This document shows positions 28,315 to 36,634 of a DNA stretch of 64,000 nucleotides, one piece after another. Every line of letters starts with the position of its first letter. The stretch's first letter is position 1. This DNA comes from an uncultured Bacteroides sp. (GTDB lineage Bacteria; Bacteroidota; Bacteroidia; Bacteroidales; GCA-2748055): positions 2,224-66,223 of the forward strand of contig CAZRPW010000009.1 in the NCBI GenBank assembly GCA_964601975.1, in the 5' to 3' direction. The notes below the pieces were generated by a model. That model searched no databases and was not told the origin of the DNA. It worked only from the letters and a program-made list of their open reading frames with translations. Position numbers and translations under genes: made by a program.

Positions 28315-29964
28315 TTACTGAGAAAAAATAGTGAGATTAAACTTCTTCCCCCGCTTTCTGATTTCCAATATACTTAAAGGTTCTTTAATGCGTTTCACCA
28401 GAAATACGAATGAATGTTCAAGCTCCGATTCAACTTTCAATTCACCCTTATCAATTGAAATGTGAATCTCCTCGTATTCAATACCATCTCCAATCGGATG
28501 GTAATACATGAGGTGGCTTTCCTTGTCCGGGTAAATTAAAAGGGTAATTTTTCCCTCGCAAGACTCACTGCCGATACCTGTAATATCATTGGTAATCTCC
28601 ATCGGAATAATGGCTCCGTTTCTAATAAACAAGGGCATCTGGCTAATATCGTACTGTTTTCTGATCTCCGTCCCTCCCTCAAAAATCTCATCTGTCCAGA
28701 AATCAATCCACCGATCACCCTTTGGAAGGATGAAAGAGATTGCGCCAGCATCTGAGGTGATTGCCTTAAAAAAAATATCATTCCCAAATTTATGGCTCTC
28801 CTGATCAAAGGAGGCATCTTTCAGAAGAGAACCACCATTGAGATGAGCGTCGACAAGCGTACTAAATATATAGGGTCTTAACTGGTAATGAAGCGTGGTA
28901 AAGTACCGGTAAATCTCAGTAGTCTCTTCATCATGATACCAGGGCAGATGATTTGTAAATGCTCCATTTTCGCCACCATTTACCATGCAGGCTGTCATCG
29001 ACCCAAATTGCGCATATCGAATAAGCTGCTCTTTGGTGGATCGACTCTCATAAAAGCCTCCAATTTCGCATGCAATAGCTCCATAACCGGCTCTTGCAGA
29101 AGCATAAATATTATTAATCTGTAACTTCAAGCCATCCCAATTCCCCTCAAAATCCCCGCACCATCCAAGGCTCACTTTGGATATATTTGCCGCAAAGTCC
29201 CCCTGGTGAGAAAAGGGCCTCGCCATGATCATGCCGGCAGGGTCTTTAGAAGTGGCATAATCAAACATATGATCATAATAACGGCCCTTAAAATTTCTAA
29301 GAGAGATTCTGCCTATGGAAGTGATCAGTGAATCTCCGTAGAAACGATTATCCTGTCCGGCTACTCTGTTCTCGGGTGTTAAACTTAAGGAGTCTCCAAA
29401 ATAGTATTCCCCCTGATCCACTTTCCATCCTGCCACACCATCGCGAAAAACCTTATCCATTTTACAGTCCCACCATTTTATAGCCTCCGGATTTGTAAAA
29501 TCAATATGCACGCCTTTCCCCTTCCACCATTCTGAAGGCTGGCCATTGTTTACAGCAAATCCTTTCTCAATGACATAATCATAGTCCGGACTCTTCTCAA
29601 CAGGCACATCTCTTGCTGTCAAATTTACACATCCGGTTAACCACAGCATGACCTTTATATTTTGCTCCCTGAAGCTCTTTAGCATTTCTTCGGGTTCGGG
29701 GTACCTTGCCCTGTTCCAATTAAAGTCATTGTAGCTCTGCGACCATGGACTGTCAATGATAATCCCACCCACCGGGAGCTTATGTTCGACATAGAGGCCC
29801 ACCAGGTTTTGTGCCGCCTCCTGGGTATTGACGCTGTCTTCCCAGACCATATGACCCAGCGCCCAATAAGGTGTGACAGGCGGTTTCTCAACAGGAAGGG
29901 AAGTGCAGGCCATGGTAATGAGAACCATTAATACGCCCAAAACAATTTTATTTTTTATAATCAC
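28315..29964 (-). CDS. Glycoside hydrolase family 31 (lipoprotein)
   Basis: It has a GH31 nucleophile-region pattern GVAGWKVDQGE. I moved the start to the GTG at 29964-29962, which gives MIIKNKIVLGVLMVLITMAC, a lipoprotein signal. The track's 574-aa start at 30039 adds an implausible N-terminus. Confidence 0.75.
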   Translation of the reverse strand: MIIKNKIVLGVLMVLITMACTSLPVEKPPVTPYWALGHMVWEDSVNTQEAAQNLVGLYVEHKLPVGGIIIDSPWSQSYNDFNWNRARYPEPEEMLKSFREQNIKVMLWLTGCVNLTARDVPVEKSPDYDYVIEKGFAVNNGQPSEWWKGKGVHIDFTNPEAIKWWDCKMDKVFRDGVAGWKVDQGEYYFGDSLSLTPENRVAGQDNRFYGDSLITSIGRISLRNFKGRYYDHMFDYATSKDPAGMIMARPFSHQGDFAANISKVSLGWCGDFEGNWDGLKLQINNIYASARAGYGAIACEIGGFYESRSTKEQLIRYAQFGSMTACMVNGGENGAFTNHLPWYHDEETTEIYRYFTTLHYQLRPYIFSTLVDAHLNGGSLLKDASFDQESHKFGNDIFFKAITSDAGAISFILPKGDRWIDFWTDEIFEGGTEIRKQYDISQMPLFIRNGAIIPMEITNDITGIGSESCEGKITLLIYPDKESHLMYYHPIGDGIEYEEIHISIDKGELKVESELEHSFVFLVKRIKEPLSILEIRKRGKKFNLTIFSQ

Positions 29965-30132
29965 TTTAAATCCTAATATATATCTTATTATTATGAAGCC
30001 AGTTACAGATATACCATAGCAAAAACAGAACGGTGACACTTGTCAGCATAGTCGCAGCCAGGGGTCCCATCCAGCCAAAAAGGAGAATAGACTCGTGTAC
30101 TCGGCATTCAATAGAAACATAGTTGCGCCACG

Positions 30133-30158
30133 AAAAAAAAGCTGAATTTTGTAAGCTT
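30133..30158 (-). terminator. Weak hairpin plus U8 directly after the PHP gene
   Basis: The minus strand reads gAAGCTtacaaaattcAGCTTtttttttc: a 5-bp stem, a 10-nt loop and a T8 run, starting 7 nt after the stop at 30165. Confidence 0.3.
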
Positions 30159-30164
30159 CAAAAA

Positions 30165-31232
30165 CTATTTGCTCACAAAAACAGGAGAGGAAATCGCTTC
30201 ATTTCCATCCTGCTGTGTAATCTTAGTATAAAAGTAATCACCGGGTGAAACATCGAAAGTCTCCTGTATGTTTACTTCGGTTTTAATAATCTGCCACTCC
30301 TTAAGTAGTGATCCGTTTTTATACACCTGCACCTGGGTGAAAATCTCCAGCTCCCGGTCTTTCGCAGTAACCTGGAATTCATAAGTTCCGCTTTCGATTG
30401 TGGATCCCATTTCATTTCCACCCACCTTAAAGGATAGGGCAAGGCTAAGATCCAGGGTTGAATAAAATCGCCTGGCTTTCAGCGACTCGTAAAGCGCGCT
30501 TCGGGTCAGGGTATCTGCAAGAATGGCTAATCTTCTCTGGGTATAATTACCATGGTCACCCCGGTGATTATCCTCCGAGCCTGCAGCTCCCACCTTCCAT
30601 CCTCTTAAATTAGCTTCGTCGTAGTATGACATATTTCCATCATCCGGGAAATAACCGTCGTTATAATAATACCGGCTAAAGTCATTTCGGCCATTCCACA
30701 GTTCAATTCCGACAAAATTATCAGAAGGTTCATCCATAAAATGATTAAACTCAGTACCTAAAACATCCTCCCTGCCGGGGTGATTAAAAAATGCCACACA
30801 ATCATGATCTCTCACCCAATTTAAAAATCCCGTAAACGTATCCTCAGGCACCTTCTGGCAGGTAGTATAGTCTTCACTGTTAATAACGGCAACATGCTGG
30901 TACTCGTGTGACCACTCAAATCCGCGAAATGCTGTAAACACGCCATCTTCATTAAACTTATCAGCCATTTTTCCCGTCTCTTCCCACTCCAGGGAATCGA
31001 TCAGGAAGGCATGATCGGCTAATCCGAAAAAATCCATACCCCCAAACCTGGAGGCATAATAGTATGCTTCCCTGGGGGTTCCCATACCATCAGAAACACT
31101 GGAATGGTTGTGTAAGGTCCCAAAATATACATTGAATCCACCTATTGAATTTGCCTGTGAAAAACCTTCGCTTAAACCCAGGGAAAAAACGATTATAATG
31201 ATTGCTATATTTCTATACTTCATTCCATTCAT
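30165..31232 (-). CDS. Secreted PHP-domain (CehA/McbA-like) metallo-phosphoesterase with a C-terminal beta-sandwich
   Basis: 355 aa with a signal peptide. It has PHP histidine clusters GTLHNHSSVSDG, GLADHAF and FFNHPGRE. Confidence 0.6.
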   Translation of the reverse strand: MNGMKYRNIAIIIIVFSLGLSEGFSQANSIGGFNVYFGTLHNHSSVSDGMGTPREAYYYASRFGGMDFFGLADHAFLIDSLEWEETGKMADKFNEDGVFTAFRGFEWSHEYQHVAVINSEDYTTCQKVPEDTFTGFLNWVRDHDCVAFFNHPGREDVLGTEFNHFMDEPSDNFVGIELWNGRNDFSRYYYNDGYFPDDGNMSYYDEANLRGWKVGAAGSEDNHRGDHGNYTQRRLAILADTLTRSALYESLKARRFYSTLDLSLALSFKVGGNEMGSTIESGTYEFQVTAKDRELEIFTQVQVYKNGSLLKEWQIIKTEVNIQETFDVSPGDYFYTKITQQDGNEAISSPVFVSK

Positions 31233-31234
31233 TA

Positions 31235-31723
31235 TTAATTATTAATACGAAAAAAACGATCCAAGCCGATTCTGTGTCCGCTTGGGAAAAAGAATAAAAT
31301 CAGGAGGGTAAATAACTCAATCAGGTTCTTATTTACAATCAGGTAAGAGCCTTCTGCCATGCCGGAAATATCCAAGCCGATTAGTGGAGGATTGCATAAA
31401 TAATACATGGACAATAGTGCCATGCCTCCCAGACAGGCCCAGCGACTCAAAAGGCCCAGAATAAGGCTTAATCCAATAAGAACCAGTCCCCATTGATTGC
31501 TAAAATTTATGACTTCCAATACCCCGGAATTTGAAGCCATTGCCTTAAATAAGTTTGCAAAAGGCCCCTGTGCTGCATTAAGGAAAGAGGCTGCCGACCA
31601 ATTTGGGTTGATCACTTTTACCCATCCTTCATACAGGAAATGCCATCCAATTAAGACCCTGACTATGACCAATGCAGCTACCTGCCAGTTGGAATAATTT
31701 AACTCACTTCTATGCTTTTTCAT
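31235..31723 (-). CDS. DoxX-family integral membrane protein
   Basis: 162 aa with four hydrophobic helices. VIVRVLIGWHFLYEGWVKV is typical of DoxX. It lies 2 nt from the PHP start. Confidence 0.6.
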   Translation of the reverse strand: MKKHRSELNYSNWQVAALVIVRVLIGWHFLYEGWVKVINPNWSAASFLNAAQGPFANLFKAMASNSGVLEVINFSNQWGLVLIGLSLILGLLSRWACLGGMALLSMYYLCNPPLIGLDISGMAEGSYLIVNKNLIELFTLLILFFFPSGHRIGLDRFFRINN

Positions 31724-31745
31724 TTCAATCCTGATTATTTAGCGA

Positions 31746-33314
31746 CTATCCAATTACTGCTTTCTCCTTTACAGGATCCCATCTGACCATCTTTTGGTGA
31801 TCATAAGCCAGATTTGCCAGGTTGAAGGTAACGGCCTCTTCAAAACCCTCATCAACTCCACAACTTGGTACCCCATGACCACGGATGGCATCAACCCATT
31901 CCTTCAAATGAAGCAAGGTTGCATTAAACAATTTGCCATCCACAGAGGTTGGCCCATAACCCCCTTTCATATAAGCCTTTGAAGTGGCAGATGATATGGC
32001 ATCAATATTATCATCGGGAGCGTAGTAATAGTAGGGATCAGAGGGATGAACGTTTATGTCCTTGTATCGCTCCGAATTGTTGTCCTTATACATCAGGATG
32101 GCCCTGTCAACATCAACGGTCCCGGCAGAGCCCAGTATCCGGGAGGGCCTGTAGGCGTCATTTCTCAGATTTCCATCGTAGGTCAAAGTCAGTCCCCGTT
32201 CAGGATAATTAAAAACAGCATTGAATATATCGGGCATATCCCCGTGGTGTTTATAATAATATTGCCCTCCCAGGGCAACCACTGTTTCCGGAATGCCCAG
32301 ATTTAATACCTGGTTCATGCAATCATATTGATGAGACAGGTCATTCCCGGTTAAACTCGTCCCATAATCGCTGTAGCGCTGCCAGCTAAAGAATCTCTTC
32401 AGATCGAATTTTTGCCAGGGTGCATCCCCAAGGAATTCTTCCCAATTAATATTATCCCTGTTACCCAGTTTGTGGTCAAAGGCATCATCCCTGATCCAGG
32501 CTCCAAAGTCAGTATTCCGGTTCGTATAGACCTGAACCATACTAACATCTCCGAAAACACCTTTATTGTATAACTCATTTGCAATTTTAAAACTCGTCTG
32601 CTGACGATTCTCATGCCCCAGCTGAAAAACAACCCCGGTAGCTTTTATGACATCTCTCAGCATGACTGCTTCCTCGATGCTATGGGTCATGGGCTTCTCA
32701 AGATATACATGTATGCCTGCTTTAGCTGCCGCAATAGCGATCTGCGCATGGGTATGATCGGCCGTTGCAATAATAATGGCATCAATCTCATTGCTGGCAA
32801 TCATCTCTCTGTAACTGGAATATACTTTTGCCTGTTTCCTTTTCCCGGTACCCGGATGAATATCATTTGCAGAAATTTCAAGGCCGCGTTGTGTATGAAC
32901 TTCAAAAGTATCGCAAACGGCAGTAAACTCAAGGTTAAAATCTTCCTGGTCTAAAAAGGCTTCCAATCGCTCGTCTGGTTTCCCGTTTACAGTACTTTCC
33001 TTAACAAAATCAGGGTGAACATAACCTAGACGTCGTAATAATTGCTCTCCACGCCAACCGTTTCCAACTAAACCAAACCTTATACGATTGCCGCTGTTCC
33101 CGGTTGGAGGGTTCAACTTCTTATCCAGGGTTTCAATTCGATTAATTTTCAACCTTTCCCTGAAATCCCCCCCTGCCCTTGCTGTCCCTGCAGCCATATG
33201 TGCTTTTATGGCATATCCAAAGTAGCCAAGAACGGGTATGGTTGCCAATGCCTTAATGGTATCCCGACGGGATATTTTATACTTTTTTTTCTGGTCCATA
33301 TACTCGGTTTTCAA
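31746..33314 (-). CDS. Tat-exported Gfo/Idh/MocA-family NAD(P)-dependent oxidoreductase
   Basis: 522 aa with a twin-arginine leader (KISRRDTIKALATIPVLG), a Rossmann motif (RFGLVGNGWRG) and the family EKP motif (HVYLEKPMTH). Confidence 0.85.
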   Translation of the reverse strand: MKTEYMDQKKKYKISRRDTIKALATIPVLGYFGYAIKAHMAAGTARAGGDFRERLKINRIETLDKKLNPPTGNSGNRIRFGLVGNGWRGEQLLRRLGYVHPDFVKESTVNGKPDERLEAFLDQEDFNLEFTAVCDTFEVHTQRGLEISANDIHPGTGKRKQAKVYSSYREMIASNEIDAIIIATADHTHAQIAIAAAKAGIHVYLEKPMTHSIEEAVMLRDVIKATGVVFQLGHENRQQTSFKIANELYNKGVFGDVSMVQVYTNRNTDFGAWIRDDAFDHKLGNRDNINWEEFLGDAPWQKFDLKRFFSWQRYSDYGTSLTGNDLSHQYDCMNQVLNLGIPETVVALGGQYYYKHHGDMPDIFNAVFNYPERGLTLTYDGNLRNDAYRPSRILGSAGTVDVDRAILMYKDNNSERYKDINVHPSDPYYYYAPDDNIDAISSATSKAYMKGGYGPTSVDGKLFNATLLHLKEWVDAIRGHGVPSCGVDEGFEEAVTFNLANLAYDHQKMVRWDPVKEKAVIG

Positions 33315-34255
33315 CTTCTTAATATTGAATTCTTAAAATATTGAAGGTCCCGGTTCAATAGTTTATAAATCTTCTCCGGAGCCATTGTGGGACTTAGCTT
33401 GCCCAGCTCGGCTCCGCCAAGGTCGTATTCATAATGAAGGGTGATGGGGACTGAAGAAATGATTGAATCGATTTCATCCATATACTTCTCAAAATTCACC
33501 ATCCCTTCTCCCAGGGGAACCCATTTTGTCCTCCACCTTTTCTCTCCATTTTCCCAGACAAAATCTTTAATAGCCAGGCTGTTTATCCACGGGAATATTA
33601 ATTCTAAAACAAGTTCCCAGGAAAATCCGCCTTCGGCTGTGGCATGTGCAATATCATACTGCACCCCGATATACTCCGGTTCAAAATCCTTTAATACATA
33701 ATGCAGATCCCAAACAGCTCCTCCCATCATTCCCCATGGACCGGAGTGGTTCTGGTAGCCCCCCCGGATATTATATTTTCTATTGAGCTTCTCAAGTTTT
33801 TCAAGTTTCCGCCTATGGATGTCCAGATTCTCAAATAGACTTATCTTGTGGTCGTAGCTATAAACCCCCATCCTGTAATAGGGTATCCCTGCATCGGCTG
33901 CCGATCCAAGCACTTGTTCGGTAAGAGGATCAACTGCATCATTAATACTGGTAGCGATCATGGGGACCTTAATGCCTGATTTCCCAAGGGCTTTAACTGC
34001 TTTTGGCAAATCCTTTTTTACATTTTCAGGAAGTACGTGCCCCTTGGGCCGTACCGTTAAATCTACACCATCGAAACCCAGATCGGCGACCACTTCACCC
34101 AATTCCCGGTAAGCTAAAAACTGCAGACACTTGGAGAAAACACACAGTGGATATGGGCTGATCTTTAAGGGAGGCATAGCCATGCCGGGAGCCAGGCTAA
34201 TTCCAGCTGCGGAAGCTGTACCAAGCTTTATAAACTTCCTCCTGTCTAGTTTCAT
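33311..34255 (-). CDS. Tat-exported xylose-isomerase-like TIM-barrel protein (sugar phosphate isomerase/epimerase family)
   Basis: 314 aa with a twin-arginine leader (MKLDRRKFIKLGTASAAGISLA). It overlaps both neighbours by 4 nt. Confidence 0.75.
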   Translation of the reverse strand: MKLDRRKFIKLGTASAAGISLAPGMAMPPLKISPYPLCVFSKCLQFLAYRELGEVVADLGFDGVDLTVRPKGHVLPENVKKDLPKAVKALGKSGIKVPMIATSINDAVDPLTEQVLGSAADAGIPYYRMGVYSYDHKISLFENLDIHRRKLEKLEKLNRKYNIRGGYQNHSGPWGMMGGAVWDLHYVLKDFEPEYIGVQYDIAHATAEGGFSWELVLELIFPWINSLAIKDFVWENGEKRWRTKWVPLGEGMVNFEKYMDEIDSIISSVPITLHYEYDLGGAELGKLSPTMAPEKIYKLLNRDLQYFKNSILRS

Positions 34256-35475
34256 GGCCCGACGAATTTCTTGAAATACTCATCAAAAACCGGGCATAGC
34301 TGTCCTCCGAGATCCAGCCAATCGGATGAAAGCGGCATTTTTTCAAGGCTCTTTATCCAATGGGCATTAAGCTCGTAAACCAGCGCATTGATACCGTACC
34401 TCAACATCAGGCCCTCCTCGAAGGATTCGCTCCCAAAATAGGAGGTTCGCTCACCAAACCAGGTTTTTTCCCGCAACAGGGCTTCCAGCAATTCCATGTT
34501 TTTCACATAGCTTTCATTTTGTTTCCCTGCAGAAGCAAAAAATAAGGCCCCGTTGGAGTCGTTATGAAAATCAATCGCCAGTCCGGGTTTATTCCCCCGT
34601 GCAATCATTCCTTCCAGCCAACTTTCCATGGCTGCATTTTCGGGAGACAGAACCGGATCGGCAGGTGCAAGCAGCTTCCGGTTTAAATCCATGCCATTCA
34701 TGTTAAACCTTGAAACACCATTTGCCACACCATCCATATTTGCCATGGGCAATATATAAACAGCGTAGTTGCTCAGGTAGTCTTTTCCCCGGCCCGACTC
34801 ATCCAGGAGGGTGCGTATGATTCCTTCTACAACCCAGTTACCGCCAGCTTCCCAGGGATGAACCCTTGCTCGGATAAACAAGTTGTTTGGAGCATGATCA
34901 TCTCCAATTTGAATGATTTGAAGCGTTCTTCCCTCTACCGTTTTACCGATTGGGGTAATCTTTGCTCTTTTTTCTTCCTGAAGGCTTTCAATTAAATGCT
35001 GAAGGTTGCTCAAGCGATATGGTTCCACCCGTGCAATGTATAAGGAATCCGAGTCCATGTGAATCTTCACCTTCATCCTTTCTCCTTCAAGCCATTCGAC
35101 AGGAACATGGCTCCAGTCAAGGTCATCGGGAGAAGTAATACAATCCATGATCCATGTTCTGAAGGGCATGGTCTTCCCATTGTATACCTCACTAAAATTG
35201 TGAAAAATCAGGGTGATATCTGATCCGGCTTCAGCCTCCAGTAAAAAATGCCAGTGATCGTATGCCCTGTTCAGAGACACCCGCTCATAATCATAAGCCA
35301 GGTAAATATGTACGCTGCCATCCTCTGCAATGTCCCAGTTCAGATGGGAACCATTTTCAATTTTGTTATTGATGTAGGTCACAGGACTTTTATCTCCCCC
35401 GGAGGAGGCCTTCACTGAAATCCCAAATGTTAATGGCACCAGGAATAGCAAGCTTAAAAAGAAGTTTTTTAGCAT
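34252..35475 (-). CDS. Secreted M14 zinc carboxypeptidase, cytosolic-carboxypeptidase (M14D)-like layout
   Basis: 407 aa with a signal peptide and a ~170-aa N-terminal beta-rich domain. This is followed by ARVHPWEAGGNWVVEG (HxxE zinc site), YILPMANMDGV and GMDLNRK. Confidence 0.7.
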   Translation of the reverse strand: MLKNFFLSLLFLVPLTFGISVKASSGGDKSPVTYINNKIENGSHLNWDIAEDGSVHIYLAYDYERVSLNRAYDHWHFLLEAEAGSDITLIFHNFSEVYNGKTMPFRTWIMDCITSPDDLDWSHVPVEWLEGERMKVKIHMDSDSLYIARVEPYRLSNLQHLIESLQEEKRAKITPIGKTVEGRTLQIIQIGDDHAPNNLFIRARVHPWEAGGNWVVEGIIRTLLDESGRGKDYLSNYAVYILPMANMDGVANGVSRFNMNGMDLNRKLLAPADPVLSPENAAMESWLEGMIARGNKPGLAIDFHNDSNGALFFASAGKQNESYVKNMELLEALLREKTWFGERTSYFGSESFEEGLMLRYGINALVYELNAHWIKSLEKMPLSSDWLDLGGQLCPVFDEYFKKFVGP

Positions 35476-36510
35476 CTACGAATCTCTTAATCTATTTTGC
35501 ATTTCTGTAGCACTTTTGATGTGCTCTTCATGAGTAAGCAGATCGAACTCCTTGATGAGATCTGCTACTTTAACATCCGGGGAAAGGCTTTCAATGATGG
35601 ACCATTCTTCCTCATCAAAACTTGTGATTTTTACCTTCCGTCCATATTTCGCAGAGATTTCTTTAAAACGTTGGTAATAAGGCCATGAATGCAAAAATAC
35701 TTTCTCCAGATTTAATGGAGCGATTACCCAGTTCCTTTGCCATCTTCCGGTCTTTCCGATCTCTGTTCCCGAGATATCGCATATTTTTGCTGTGCCGGCC
35801 AGGGTGCTTGAGACCACATTAAACTTGTTTTGCCAGGCCAAGGTATTTACAGCAACTCCACCGGGGTAAGCAGAGCAGAAAAATACTATCTCAGCGCCTT
35901 TTTCTCTCAACTTTTTCCACCCGTCGTCCCATTCCAAATCGAAACATATCTGCACCCCTATTGTCCCAAAGTCCGTTTTAAAAACAGGCGGATCCAGGGG
36001 TCCCGGAGATACACCCTTCCCCATTTCGCCCTCGGTACAGTGTATTTTTCTATATTCGCCAAGTACTTTCCCTTCCCTGTCAATTACACGGGCGGCGTTA
36101 TAGTACTTTCCCTTTTCATGGGTATAAAGTGGACAAATAATATAGCAGCCATATTTTTTTGCAAAAGCTGCAAACCTGGAGGTAATTTCCCCGTCAGGAC
36201 CTTCGGCAACATCCTGAATTGATATTTTTTCAGAAATGTGGAAGAAGGGGAAAATTTCGGGCAGACAAATGACGTCAGGTTTAAAATTAACAATCCCCTC
36301 CATCTCCTCCAGAACCTGATCGACCATTTCCGCATAATTGGCCGCCTCAAACCTTTCCAATGAGAAACTGGCAATCCACACTTCTCCTGGTAATTTGTCA
36401 ATTTTTCCCTCCTCAATAAGGTCTTTTGAATGAGCCAGTGAAGAGGAAGTTAATGTCAGCCCTGAACCTAAACCAAGCGCTGAATTCCTTATAAATTTGC
36501 GTCGTTCCAT
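35476..36510 (-). CDS. Tat-exported carbon-nitrogen hydrolase (nitrilase-superfamily amidase)
   Basis: 344 aa with a twin-arginine leader (MERRKFIRNSALGLGSG). It has E-K-C triad contexts VICLPEIF, YRKIHC and GVQICFDLEW. Its stop abuts the M14 start. Confidence 0.8.
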   Translation of the reverse strand: MERRKFIRNSALGLGSGLTLTSSSLAHSKDLIEEGKIDKLPGEVWIASFSLERFEAANYAEMVDQVLEEMEGIVNFKPDVICLPEIFPFFHISEKISIQDVAEGPDGEITSRFAAFAKKYGCYIICPLYTHEKGKYYNAARVIDREGKVLGEYRKIHCTEGEMGKGVSPGPLDPPVFKTDFGTIGVQICFDLEWDDGWKKLREKGAEIVFFCSAYPGGVAVNTLAWQNKFNVVSSTLAGTAKICDISGTEIGKTGRWQRNWVIAPLNLEKVFLHSWPYYQRFKEISAKYGRKVKITSFDEEEWSIIESLSPDVKVADLIKEFDLLTHEEHIKSATEMQNRLRDS

Positions 36511-36567
36511 TGTTAAAGCTATTACTTAATAATTATGCTCATCACAATTTTGCTCAGAAAAACTCAC

Positions 36568-36622
36568 CAAAAAATAAAGTTTCCCGATTGAATACACCAT
36601 TACAAATATCCAACCGGGAAAC
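36568..36622 (-). terminator. Strong, strand-specific intrinsic terminator after the T9SS repeat protein
   Basis: The minus-strand RNA forms GUUUCCCGGUUGGAUA, a 12-nt loop, then UAUUCAAUCGGGAAAC. That is 16 contiguous pairs including 2 G.U, followed by UUUAUUUUUUGG. The two wobble pairs become C.A mismatches on the + strand. Confidence 0.7.
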
Positions 36623-36634
36623 CTTAGCAATCTA

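Noticed and set aside
29965-30039. The track's longer N-terminus for the GH31 gene (MSPFCFCYGISVTGFIIIRYILGFK...).
   Set aside because: A GTG at 29964 gives a canonical lipoprotein signal (MIIKNKIVLGVLMVLITMAC). The extra 25 residues look like translated intergenic sequence.
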